Counted from the first letter of the stretch, positions 38,441 through 47,355 are shown. The stretch: DNA of 64,000 nucleotides from an uncultured Gammaproteobacteria bacterium (GCA_964627055.1 CAZVGV010000001.1:19620-83619), one strand, 5' to 3'. The notes: a model not told the origin generated them from the letters alone. Program-made: numbers and translations.

Positions 38441-39737
38441 GGCGTTCGAAGAACTGGTGTACGCGTGGATCCATCTTGATATCTGATGTGCGGATCGGTC
38501 TCAGGAGTGCGATTCCCTCAAGGCTCGTACATCGCGAAAGCGCAACATACACCTGACCGTGTGCGAACGCGCCACGGCCGAGGTCGATGACGACACGTTC
38601 GAATGTCTTGCCTTGGCTCTTGTGGATAGTGACAGCCCAGGCAAGACGCAGGGGGAACTGTCTGAATGAACCAACAGGCTCTGTCGTGAGTGCGCTGATG
38701 CTCGCATCGTAGGAGTAGCGGTGGATTTCCCAGCTATGCATAGATACAGTGACTTCATCACCCGTGGTGAGCTCAACGGTTACGGTGCTGGGTACGTGCT
38801 GGTCGTCTTCGCCAATTTTTTTTACGATACCGAGCGAGCCATTCACGTATCCCTCGCTTGCGTCGTTAACAAGTAACATGACTTGCGCACCTTTCTTGAG
38901 CGTGAGTGACTCAGCGGTTGGATACACGCGCGGGTCGAAGGTGCCACTCACTACGGCGCCGAACGTGTGTGCATCCTCATCAATTTCTGCGAGGCGAGCT
39001 GTGTTGATGGCATCAGCTGCAGCATTGGTTGCTGTGAGTACGATCGTGGTTTCATGTTCGGCAAGCGATCCATGATCTTCGATCCACTTGGCGTTGAGAG
39101 CCGCAAGATCTGCGTCAGTTGTGGTGTTGGTGCGAACGCGATTGAGGAGGTCGATGAATGTGGTATCGCGTTGGCGATAGATTTTTTCGAGCTGTACAAG
39201 TTCGAAATCCGTGCGTGCGAGTACATGCGCGTCGAAGAAGAATGGGCTCTTATATACCATGGTAAAGGTTTGCGCCTCCTCAGTACCGGAGACAACCGGC
39301 GGCAATTGGTACAAGTCGCCAATGAAAATCATTTGCACTCCGCCAAACGGCTCCTGCGAGCCGCGGTAGCGTCGCAGAAGTACATCTACGCAGTCGAGCA
39401 GCTCCGCACGCACCATCGACACTTCGTCGATAACAATGGTGTGCAATGCCTTGCAAAGAGATTTAAGATTCGAAGATAATTTTTCTTTGCCTGCCGAAAG
39501 CGGAGTAATGTGCGGAGGGATGCGGAAGAAGGAGTGGATTGTTTGGCCTTGTACATTGAGCGCGGCAACTCCAGTGGGCGCGAGGACAGCAACATTCTTT
39601 TTGGTGTGCAGGCGAAAATGCGTAAGCAGCGTAGATTTGCCGGTGCCTGCACGGCCGGTAATAAAGAGGTGTCGTGACGACGTCTCCATGAGATCGAGCG
39701 CGCGTTGGAATTGTGGATTGAAGTCGAGGGTAGGCAT
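38424..39737 (-). CDS. PIF1-family helicase
   Basis: GRAGTGKS, IDEVSM, GDLYQLPPV, AWAVTIHKSQG, YVALSR. Confidence 0.92.
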   Translation of the reverse strand: MPTLDFNPQFQRALDLMETSSRHLFITGRAGTGKSTLLTHFRLHTKKNVAVLAPTGVAALNVQGQTIHSFFRIPPHITPLSAGKEKLSSNLKSLCKALHTIVIDEVSMVRAELLDCVDVLLRRYRGSQEPFGGVQMIFIGDLYQLPPVVSGTEEAQTFTMVYKSPFFFDAHVLARTDFELVQLEKIYRQRDTTFIDLLNRVRTNTTTDADLAALNAKWIEDHGSLAEHETTIVLTATNAAADAINTARLAEIDEDAHTFGAVVSGTFDPRVYPTAESLTLKKGAQVMLLVNDASEGYVNGSLGIVKKIGEDDQHVPSTVTVELTTGDEVTVSMHSWEIHRYSYDASISALTTEPVGSFRQFPLRLAWAVTIHKSQGKTFERVVIDLGRGAFAHGQVYVALSRCTSLEGIALLRPIRTSDIKMDPRVHQFFERLTTSS

Positions 39738-39827
39738 AAAACACCGTGGTGGTTGGTGAGTATCAGCCTACCACGGGACAGGGTCTTGCGGAAGTCGTGT
39801 AGATTCGGTACAGTGTCCCCACAAATC

Positions 39828-39902
39828 GCGGGTATTGTATAACGGCTATTATCTCAGTTTTCCAAACTGATGACGCGGGTTCGACTCCCGCTACCCGCTC
39901 CA
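39828..39902 (+). tRNA. tRNA-Gly(TCC), CCA encoded
   Basis: Acceptor GCGGGTA/TACCCGC, anticodon arm TCAGT-TTTCCAA-ACTGA, GGTTCGACT T-loop; promoter TTGCGG-17-TACAGT. Confidence 0.95.
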
Positions 39903-40079
39903 AACAGTATAAAATTTTGAGAAGTCCCGTTTCACTGCCCCGAGAACTTGAGGACAGTTACGAGATGGATAGAAAGTTGAAGGCACTGTCTGGCATGAGA
40001 TATGTGTTGTTTTTTGTGTTATGATGTTCAATGCATGGGGGAGCGTGATCCTAGGGTTACATTGTGAAAAAAGAATTCT

Positions 40080-41543
40080 ATGGAACGATTGTGCAAAATA
40101 TGTGGTGGCTACCATAGTCCAGGTCAGTGCACGAAGAAGGAAAATTCAGCGGAACTTAGTCCACTTGTCTTTGCCCCATTTGCCGAAAAGTATGCGGGTA
40201 AGGCTATTCTTGAATGTGTCCTCATGGCCGCTTCGGAGCTCGATGAGTATGAGTTACTAGTGAAGCAGAAGAGGCTGACCAATCATGAATTAGTTGAATA
40301 TCTTGGACTTATCGGATTTTTTGAAACCTATCCGGCAATATTGCAAGATGCAAACCAACAGTACAAAAAATACACAGAACAGCTAGACAAAGAATTGACT
40401 CGTAGTTATTCGGATCCGGCGGTTCGTAGAAGAAAAAAATACGACGGATTTGTGAGTGCGTTGTCGGCACCTGCAATCCTTGACCGCCCCGTTCTAAAAG
40501 AGGTCGTGGACGAACTTTTCTTTATCCAGAGAGATGAGATGGTGACAGCATGGCTCAATCAGATAGAACTTCCCAAACGAAGTATTTCTAAGGAAGGCGT
40601 CATCGATGTGACGCAGAAGGTTTTTCGTGAATGCGCCAAATGGTCGATCGCTTCGCAACAGAATAGAGATGATCTTTCGGCATATATTTTTCTCCGTAAG
40701 GTTGCCGAGGCATATGCATTTGCTTTAAATTTACAACAGAGCGGGGCGTACTCTGGAGAATTTGATACCGTAGCAGCGGAAGAAGCGAGCGATCTGCGAG
40801 TGGATGTTTTGAGTACAAGATTGCGGCCTGGCGTGTATGAATGTCAGGTGCCAGATGGAGTGCCTTGGATCACAGTCATGTATCTGGTGGTCCCCGAAGA
40901 GGGGAAGGAGCCATTTACTTGGGCTGGTGTAGAGGTAGAGTTAGCAGGTGACCCACAGGACAGTTCCAAGCTCACGCATACGTCTTGGCCTATTAGTGAA
41001 CTTACCAGAGAGTTGGGAGTCATGGGTTCTAAAATCACGACGTTGGGTTCGCTGTTTGAAAGGTATGGTCTAGAAAAAGAATATCAGCAATTTCAGCATG
41101 AAATATTTCGGTCGATTGCGTCCCTTATTGAATCATACCCAGAATGTATCTTAGATAGACAGCAAGAAACAGATGAATTGGAGAGAGCACTTGTTCAAGA
41201 ACCTGTACAGGAAGAAGATATGGATGCGCTACAGGTATCTCTTCCACGGGCTCAGTATAAAGAAGATGCGTTAGTGGCAGAGCGCCAACAGAAAAAGCAT
41301 GAGATCTTTCGTGAGATGCGAAACCTCTCTTTTGAGAGGACCATCAAAGCATTTCAGAGACTTGGAGTAGAAGTCAGGTACGGTGGCCGTCACATCAAGT
41401 TGGTGAAAATGGAAAACGGGCGAGAGCGTACCGTTCCGTTCATGAATCGTCATAGTAAGGGAATACATTATATGGCTCGTGTTGTGAGACAAGCCATCAA
41501 CATCTTGGGTCTGGATGAGCAGGAATTTGTTTCGGCGCTTTGA
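40080..41543 (+). CDS. Hypothetical protein with N-terminal CCHC knuckle and C-terminal HicA-like domain
   Basis: CKICGGYHSPGQC; C-terminal FERTIKAFQRLGVEVRYGGRHIKLVK...TVPF...ILGLDEQEF resembles the HicA dsRBD-like fold. Confidence 0.65.
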   Translation: MERLCKICGGYHSPGQCTKKENSAELSPLVFAPFAEKYAGKAILECVLMAASELDEYELLVKQKRLTNHELVEYLGLIGFFETYPAILQDANQQYKKYTEQLDKELTRSYSDPAVRRRKKYDGFVSALSAPAILDRPVLKEVVDELFFIQRDEMVTAWLNQIELPKRSISKEGVIDVTQKVFRECAKWSIASQQNRDDLSAYIFLRKVAEAYAFALNLQQSGAYSGEFDTVAAEEASDLRVDVLSTRLRPGVYECQVPDGVPWITVMYLVVPEEGKEPFTWAGVEVELAGDPQDSSKLTHTSWPISELTRELGVMGSKITTLGSLFERYGLEKEYQQFQHEIFRSIASLIESYPECILDRQQETDELERALVQEPVQEEDMDALQVSLPRAQYKEDALVAERQQKKHEIFREMRNLSFERTIKAFQRLGVEVRYGGRHIKLVKMENGRERTVPFMNRHSKGIHYMARVVRQAINILGLDEQEFVSAL

Positions 41544-41648
41544 AGATTTTTGGAACGTGGCAGAACGATCCTAGATGTCGGAAGTTTTGCAGCAAGTCGT
41601 GAAGGTATAATTTTTAAAAAAACAAGAGTGCGTCCCGTATGGACCGCA

Positions 41649-41819
41649 CTCTTGTTGAATATCACGAGTTCCTCGAGCTGGATGTCACGCATGGTACCCG
41701 TGGAGTGCAAGTAGAACTGCGTACCAGGGAAGCACCCGCACAATAAGACGTTGATGTGATCGTCCTTGCTGGGTGTGGACGGCAGAGCCGTGCGGTGGCA
41801 CGTGATCAGCCGAGCCCAT
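41649..41819 (-). pseudogene. Decayed partial copy of the 42355-42939 gene
   Basis: 41649-41774 aligns with 42371-42495 (~22 differences in ~126 nt by hand count); 41777-41819 aligns with 42620-42658; ~124 bp internal deletion plus frameshift. Confidence 0.75.
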
Positions 41820-41971
41820 GGGGTGCGTCAGCGAGGAGTTGTAGTGTGGGTACAGAGATGGCAAGCCGAATTGTTTCGTGGTCATCACCTAGGAGGGATT
41901 CAATTGCTGGGTCGAACTGTGGGGTGATGAAGTTTTGGATGTACTCACTCGGTACAGTGTCCCCACAAATC

Positions 41972-42043
41972 GCGGGTATTGTATAACGGCTATTATCTCA
42001 GTTTTCCAAACTGATGACGCGGGTTCGACTCCCGCTACCCGCT
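41972..42043 (+). tRNA. tRNA-Gly(TCC), second identical copy, no encoded CCA
   Basis: Identical to 39828-39899; followed by CCG; retains the -10 box but not the -35 box. Confidence 0.88.
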
Positions 42044-42126
42044 CCGCTTCAAGAATACAGGTACAAGCCTTGCGTTATCCGTTCGCAGCGTGCATACTGC
42101 GCTTGTTAGTCATAATCCAAAAATAT

Positions 42127-42249
42127 ATGGATGGAGTAGTAGTAGAGCCTGAGGTACAGGAAGAGGAAGTAGCAGTGCCAGCAGAAATGCCAGCTGAAGA
42201 GACCGAAGAAGCTGCTGCCCCAGCAGCAGAGGAAGAAGCCGCAGCGTAA
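42127..42249 (+). CDS. 40-aa highly acidic small protein
   Basis: MDGVVVEPEVQEEEVAVPAEMPAEETEEAAAPAAEEEAAA; own TTGCGT-17-CATACT promoter and terminator. Confidence 0.65.
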   Translation: MDGVVVEPEVQEEEVAVPAEMPAEETEEAAAPAAEEEAAA

Positions 42250-42258
42250 GCTGACGCT

Positions 42259-42296
42259 AAATAAAACAACCTTCATCAGAAGGTTGTTTTATTTTT
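42259..42296. terminator. Bidirectional intrinsic terminator
   Basis: AAATAAAACAACCTTC-ATCA-GAAGGTTGTTTTATTT. Confidence 0.8.
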
Positions 42297-42354
42297 CTTG
42301 GAAAGGACAACACACCACCGGTAGGTGATGCGTTGTGGGTAGGCTTGTGGATCA

Positions 42355-42939
42355 TCAGTAGCCGAAGTGGCTCTTGTTGAACATCACAAATTCCTCAGGT
42401 TGGATGTCGCGCATGACCCCCTTGGAGTTCAGGTCGAACTGCTTGCCAGGGAAGCACCCGCGCAAAAAGACGTTGATGTGTCCGTCTTTGCGGGTACAGA
42501 TTCGGAACACGAACGTGATCAGGTTCGTGCGCGGACTGGGGACACGTTCGTCGACGACGTAGTGCACGGTGGTGTGGTCGTTCACGTACACGATCTTCGT
42601 CTGAGTCCACGCAGGGAGAGGACGGTAGAGCCGTGCAGCCCGTGACCAGCCGACCCATTGTGTGGGATGTTTGATGGTCACACACCTCGTGGTTGATGTG
42701 GCGCCGGATTGTACATGACGCCGGACAATGCGTCCCACACTCCTGACCAGTTGTCGCTCGATTTCTGTATCGTCAAAAACATCTTCGGGGTGGCGCCAGA
42801 ATCGGAATGCTCCAGCTCGCATGTTTCGTCGGTAATTGAAACTCGATCGGCGCATCTTCATCGCGTTACGATATCGCACGACGATGTCGAATGGGACAGT
42901 GACTGGGATCGTGGAATCCTGGTTGTACGAACGTCGCAT
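42355..42939 (-). CDS. Hypothetical basic protein (orphan cassette)
   Basis: AGGAG SD before ATG at 42939; conserved in the decayed copy at 41649. Confidence 0.65.
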   Translation of the reverse strand: MRRSYNQDSTIPVTVPFDIVVRYRNAMKMRRSSFNYRRNMRAGAFRFWRHPEDVFDDTEIERQLVRSVGRIVRRHVQSGATSTTRCVTIKHPTQWVGWSRAARLYRPLPAWTQTKIVYVNDHTTVHYVVDERVPSPRTNLITFVFRICTRKDGHINVFLRGCFPGKQFDLNSKGVMRDIQPEEFVMFNKSHFGY

Positions 42940-43084
42940 GACTGCACTCCTGCGGTTGATGTGGTGGTCTCCCCGAGAGCTCGGGAGAGGGAGTAGTACA
43001 TCAAAGATTGCTGGATTCGTCAATACGCACTATAAAATAGTCGCATTGTTCTTGAGCCATGAAAAATGGTATTTTAGAAAAAAG

Positions 43085-43846
43085 ATGAATGATATGGAAC
43101 AAGAACGAAAAGCAGCAGCCGAGCAGCAATGGATGGAAAGGGAACTAGGGGTAATTGTGCAAGCGACACAAGAAGTGCAAGATCGTGTAGTATCTACAAA
43201 AGAAATATCCGCTGGGCAACTGATGCATGAGGCGTGTGTGTCTGAAGTGTACGTAGGGGAGTTTATGGATTGTACGGATGGTGCGCTGCGTGTGTGGTCG
43301 GCGATGCCGCAGGAGGTGCGGGGAAAGAAAATCTATGTCCTCGAACAAGGTGCTATGATTTTTGTCCCCAGAACAGTGGGGGGTGACTCAGTACTTGTTT
43401 CCAATCACTTTTCTCGGTGTGCGGCGATTATAGTGAATGAAGCGCGTGGCACACTTTTTGGTCATGCCACTGAATCTGATCGAGAGAGTATAGAGAAATT
43501 GCTAGAGGGTATTGAGGGCGTAGTTGACGGGGAGCACACGGTTCTCTTGGTTCTGGCGGTGGCCGAAGCGCGAGACATGATGTATCTGTCAGATCCAACA
43601 GGTGCATGGACACAAGAGCGTGTGGCACAATTGCAGCAAGCACATCCGACAATGAGGATCTCTACGTATAGGAATACAGATTTTGCACCAACGTACATAG
43701 AGCAATACATTGCGAACGAAGGACTTCCAGAAACTGCCGTCATTGTGAAGGGGCAAGAACTCTATATGATCGGGACAGCATTAACGGATGAAGACGGGGT
43801 AGTACAGCAGACCTGTACAAGTGGAGCAATTACAAGAATAGCGTAG
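43085..43846 (+). CDS. Hypothetical protein, possible CheD/CNF1-like Cys-His hydrolase
   Basis: SNHFSRCAAIIV-x9-HA spacing resembles the Cys/His dyad of CheD/CNF1/YfiH folds. Confidence 0.5.
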   Translation: MNDMEQERKAAAEQQWMERELGVIVQATQEVQDRVVSTKEISAGQLMHEACVSEVYVGEFMDCTDGALRVWSAMPQEVRGKKIYVLEQGAMIFVPRTVGGDSVLVSNHFSRCAAIIVNEARGTLFGHATESDRESIEKLLEGIEGVVDGEHTVLLVLAVAEARDMMYLSDPTGAWTQERVAQLQQAHPTMRISTYRNTDFAPTYIEQYIANEGLPETAVIVKGQELYMIGTALTDEDGVVQQTCTSGAITRIA

Positions 43847-43855
43847 TGGGAATCT

Positions 43856-44245
43856 ATGTATGGATCTAAGCCGCAGATTATTCTAGATGTTGGTTTTGAT
43901 TTTAGTTGGTCGTCACGTAAGGTTTGGGCACTAGATCTTCCTGTTGAGACGATGGCTATCACAGAACTTATTTGGCATTTCGGCATTCCATTCTGGGATA
44001 GCGAAGGAACTGACGAATATAATCTTACGCCGAACGACGTGCTAGCACATCCCGAAAAAGAGCCAACTCATTTCAGTAAAATTCAACACGCCGATCTCGC
44101 ATTCCCAATCGATATCATGGAGAATAAAGGCCGGTGGCTTATTCTCGACGGCCTCCATCGTCTCGCCAAGGCGTACATGCTTGGCATGACCGAGGTGCAG
44201 GTGCGCAAAGTACCGCGTGAGTTGATTCCTCTAATTGTAAAATAA
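43856..44245 (+). CDS. ParB/Srx N-terminal-like domain protein
   Basis: ADLAFPID...ILDGLHRLAKA. Confidence 0.75.
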   Translation: MYGSKPQIILDVGFDFSWSSRKVWALDLPVETMAITELIWHFGIPFWDSEGTDEYNLTPNDVLAHPEKEPTHFSKIQHADLAFPIDIMENKGRWLILDGLHRLAKAYMLGMTEVQVRKVPRELIPLIVK

Positions 44246-44324
44246 ATCGATACTCCGATGCGATACCGCGCAAAACGTCAAACATTCTTGTGGTTTTGAT
44301 GCATAGGCGCTAGGATCAGGGCAT

Positions 44325-44981
44325 ATGGATTACGCCTCAGTCGATCACTTTTTCGAACAAAAATTGCTGGCTAACGACGGTATTCCCGCACAAGTTACAG
44401 CTGCATGTGCTATCGCGGGATTGCCACCCTTTTGTGTGACACCAACACAAGGCAAATTTCTGCGTTTGCTCGCGCAGCTCAGCGGAGCGCGACGCATACT
44501 CGAACTCGGGACGCTTGGCGGGTATAGCACTGCGTGGCTTGCGTCTGCACTTCCAGTTGATGGACAACTCATCACGCTCGAGATTGATTCTGCGCGCGCT
44601 GCGATTGCGCGTGCGAATCTTGACGCAGTGGGGTTGGGCGATCGCGTGGAAATTCGTGTCGGATCGGCGATGGATACTATGCCGCAGCTCGTTGCAGAAG
44701 CTGGTGCGAAGTTCGATTTGATTTTTGTTGATGCGGACAAGCAGCACACACTGGATTATTTCCAGTGGGCAATACAACTCTCTCGGCCTGGAACGGTTAT
44801 TGTGGTGGACAATGTGGTACGTGATGGCGAGGTGCTCAACGCTGCAACCGAGGACAAGCACGTGCGCGGCATGCAACGATTTTTTGAGTACGTTGCAACT
44901 GAATTGCGCGTGGATGTGACGGCACTGCAGACCGTGGGTGCAAAGGGATGGGATGGGTTTGTGATTGGGGTGGTACGGTAG
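44325..44981 (+). CDS. Class I SAM-dependent O-methyltransferase (COMT/CCoAOMT-like)
   Basis: ILELGTLGGYS, FVDADK, VVDNV. Confidence 0.92.
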   Translation: MDYASVDHFFEQKLLANDGIPAQVTAACAIAGLPPFCVTPTQGKFLRLLAQLSGARRILELGTLGGYSTAWLASALPVDGQLITLEIDSARAAIARANLDAVGLGDRVEIRVGSAMDTMPQLVAEAGAKFDLIFVDADKQHTLDYFQWAIQLSRPGTVIVVDNVVRDGEVLNAATEDKHVRGMQRFFEYVATELRVDVTALQTVGAKGWDGFVIGVVR

Positions 44982-45046
44982 CGTCGCTTGCTACATGGAT
45001 CCATCTTTTGTAGGGTGTGGTTGGATGCTAACCAGGAGGAACGACA

Positions 45047-45670
45047 ATGGAGAGAATGATCGGACTGTCCCGTATTCACACGATCACCTGTAATCTCAAG
45101 CGAACGCGACGCACAGGGTGGAACATCCTCGGCCGCCGCGTGCCGTACCCTGAATCAGTTGCAGCGCACGTCCTGGGGGTGGTACGCATCGCGATGGAAC
45201 TACCGCAGGAATACTTGGACGAGGTTGATGTTGATCGGTATGGCTTGGTGGAGATGCTTGCCATGCATGACGACACGGAGCATGTCCCGCCAGGAGATGT
45301 GGTCGCACAGCGGATCAAGGACCCGGATAAACGCGCGGCGTTCACGAGGAAGAAGCACGCGTGGGAATTGTACGTTCTTGCTGAGGAGCGTGCCAACATC
45401 GGCGGCGAACGAGGTGACCGGTACTGGGATCTCGGTGTCGAGTACATGGAGAAGAAGACGCCACGCGCCAAACTCGCAAAACAGATCGACATGTTCGAGC
45501 TCATGCGCACCGCTGTGCACGTCTATCGCTGGGGCCGGCAGTCGCGACGTGCACGAGTAATCGCTGATCCCCGTGATTTCTGGCCCGAGGTGAACGCAGT
45601 TGTCACTGCCTGGCCATTGCGGCAGATTCTCGATGCGGAGGTGCTCCCGATCATCGAATCGTTGAGCTAA
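45047..45670 (+). CDS. HD-domain hydrolase (YfbR/HDDC2-like)
   Basis: LKRTRRTGW, ESVAAH, MHDDTE, KQIDMFE. Confidence 0.82.
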   Translation: MERMIGLSRIHTITCNLKRTRRTGWNILGRRVPYPESVAAHVLGVVRIAMELPQEYLDEVDVDRYGLVEMLAMHDDTEHVPPGDVVAQRIKDPDKRAAFTRKKHAWELYVLAEERANIGGERGDRYWDLGVEYMEKKTPRAKLAKQIDMFELMRTAVHVYRWGRQSRRARVIADPRDFWPEVNAVVTAWPLRQILDAEVLPIIESLS

Positions 45671-45748
45671 CCAACACCAATTGTGAACAACGGCGCCGCT
45701 CTGTACGAGTGGTGCTTTTGTTTTGGGGGGTGATACACTTACGAATAT

Positions 45749-46219
45749 ATGTACGAACTCGTGATTCAGGTTGTCTTTGGTCTTATTCTCGCGACGCTTT
45801 TTGTGTACGATGCGCGTCGTGGAATTCTCCCTGATTTCATAACACTGCCGGCAATTGTGGTAGTTGCTGTGTTGCACATGGTTACTGGTGCTGTTACGTG
45901 GACAGCTATGGTGTGGGGTGCGTTGGTTGTCGGGGGATTTTTTGCGGTCCAATTCGCGGTGTCGCGTGGTCGATGGATCGGTGATGGCGATATTCGGATG
46001 GGAGTCCTCATGGGTGTCATGTTAGGACTGTGGCCTGCAGTGATTGCAATGTTCATTGCGTATGTGCTCGGTGCTACGGTTGGCGGGATGCTGGTGTTGT
46101 TTGGAAAAAAGGACCGTGGCGCAGCGGTACCATTTGGAACATTTCTCGCTGTTGGTACGGCGGGTATGTTGATGTGGGGAGAGCGGGTTGTAGCATGGTA
46201 TGCACAATGGCTTCGTTGA
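45749..46219 (+). CDS. A24 family prepilin peptidase, catalytic membrane domain only
   Basis: YDARRGILPD, GDGDIRM, VPFGTFLA. Confidence 0.85.
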   Translation: MYELVIQVVFGLILATLFVYDARRGILPDFITLPAIVVVAVLHMVTGAVTWTAMVWGALVVGGFFAVQFAVSRGRWIGDGDIRMGVLMGVMLGLWPAVIAMFIAYVLGATVGGMLVLFGKKDRGAAVPFGTFLAVGTAGMLMWGERVVAWYAQWLR

Positions 46220-46285
46220 CGGGGCAAACGGTTTTGCTAGAGTACTGGTGGTCTGATCAACAACAACAGACCCAAAGGAGCAATC

Positions 46286-47239
46286 GTGGCACGGTACGTA
46301 CCGATCGTGAATCTCAGTGCGCGCGACGGGAAGTCTCAGCGCAATCGACTCGCAACGGAGCTGGGTGATGCATTCAGCAACGTCGGGTTCGCTGTGATTG
46401 AAGGTCACGACATTCCAGCGGAGTGGATGGAGGAGTCGTACCAGATTTCCAGGGCGTTCTTCGATCTGCCACTCGCAACGAAGCGCTACTACGAGACGCC
46501 GACGCGCTTCACGGGGTACATCCCAATCAACTCCGAAACCGCGCGCGGTGCGACGGTTCCCGACTACAAGGAGATCTTCGACATCCGACGTCCGCTGCAT
46601 CGCAAGCATCCGAGGTTCGGAACCTCGGGATACGAGGCCAACGTGTGGCCGACCTGCCATGTGTCCAACTTCCGCAACATCGCGTTGCGTATGTGGCGGG
46701 CACAGGACCAACTCGGAGGGAGGTTGCTGGGGCTCCTCGAAACCTATCTCGGGTATCCACGGGGGACACTTCTGGAGTTCACCCGTGATGGTGAATCGCT
46801 CGGACGGATGATTCATTACCCAGCACGCGACGAGCATGTGCTGGGGGAGCGTTCGGCAGAGCATGAGGATTCATCAGTTCTTTCGCTGCTGCGCGCGGCG
46901 ACAGGACCAGGACTGGATGTGCTGGCGCAGACAGCATCAGGTCATGTGTGGATGCCGGTCGAAGAGACGCCTCGTTCCATCGTCGCAAACATTGGTGACA
47001 CGCTGCAGGCGTACACGCGCGGACGTCTGCGCTCGACCACGCATCGTGTGGGACCTGGCGATCGTGGTGCACGCTACGCTGACCCGTTCTTCGTTCAGGC
47101 GAATCCTGACGCAGATGTCAATCCGCCAGGTCTCGAGGGCGACACGACGTACCCCAAGGCCGGCGTATTGTTACGTCAGATGCTCAGTCGGACCGGAATG
47201 TACATGAGTGTCAGGCCGACAGTTCCGAACTGTTCCTGA
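46286..47239 (+). CDS. Isopenicillin N synthase-like 2OG-Fe(II) dioxygenase
   Basis: VPIVNL..GFAVIEGHDI, HEDSS (HxD), NIGDTL..THRV, RYADPFF. Confidence 0.85.
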   Translation: MARYVPIVNLSARDGKSQRNRLATELGDAFSNVGFAVIEGHDIPAEWMEESYQISRAFFDLPLATKRYYETPTRFTGYIPINSETARGATVPDYKEIFDIRRPLHRKHPRFGTSGYEANVWPTCHVSNFRNIALRMWRAQDQLGGRLLGLLETYLGYPRGTLLEFTRDGESLGRMIHYPARDEHVLGERSAEHEDSSVLSLLRAATGPGLDVLAQTASGHVWMPVEETPRSIVANIGDTLQAYTRGRLRSTTHRVGPGDRGARYADPFFVQANPDADVNPPGLEGDTTYPKAGVLLRQMLSRTGMYMSVRPTVPNCS

Positions 47240-47257
47240 GCTACAACAACAGTGACA

Positions 47258-47339
47258 ACGAGCACGACGATGTCTGTCACTCCTGCACCGCTTGAAGCGG
47301 ACGAGGAACAGTGAATAAGACTTTGTCGTGTTTGTTTTT
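47258..47339 (+). terminator. Unusually long interrupted hairpin terminator
   Basis: ACGAGCACGACGA/TTGTCGTGTTTGT plus inner GTCT/AGAC, TCACT/AGTGA and CCGCT/AGCGG, then T tract. Confidence 0.65.
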
Positions 47340-47355
47340 AGGTGATGAAAAGTTG

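Larger units (their letters stand above)
39805..42045 (+). repeat. Exact 97-bp direct repeat (39805-39901 and 41949-42045) bracketing a ~2.1-kb island-like segment
   Basis: Identical TCGGTACAGTGTCCCCACAAATC plus whole tRNA-Gly plus CC in both copies. Confidence 0.85.

Noticed and set aside
41583-41611. TATAAT promoter producing antisense RNA to the 42355-42939 gene from the decayed copy
   Set aside because: No -35 box at 16-18 bp and no extended TG
41649-42495. Possible DGR template/variable repeat pair (41649-41774 against 42371-42495)
   Set aside because: Only about 4-6 of ~21 substitutions fall at coding-strand adenines in either direction, there are indels, and no reverse transcriptase is in the window
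47258-47339. Integron attC site (also considered for hairpins at ~24134, ~28830 and ~57500)
   Set aside because: No RYYYAAC/GTTRRRY ends; pairing depends on G-U, as expected for RNA terminators; no integrase seen
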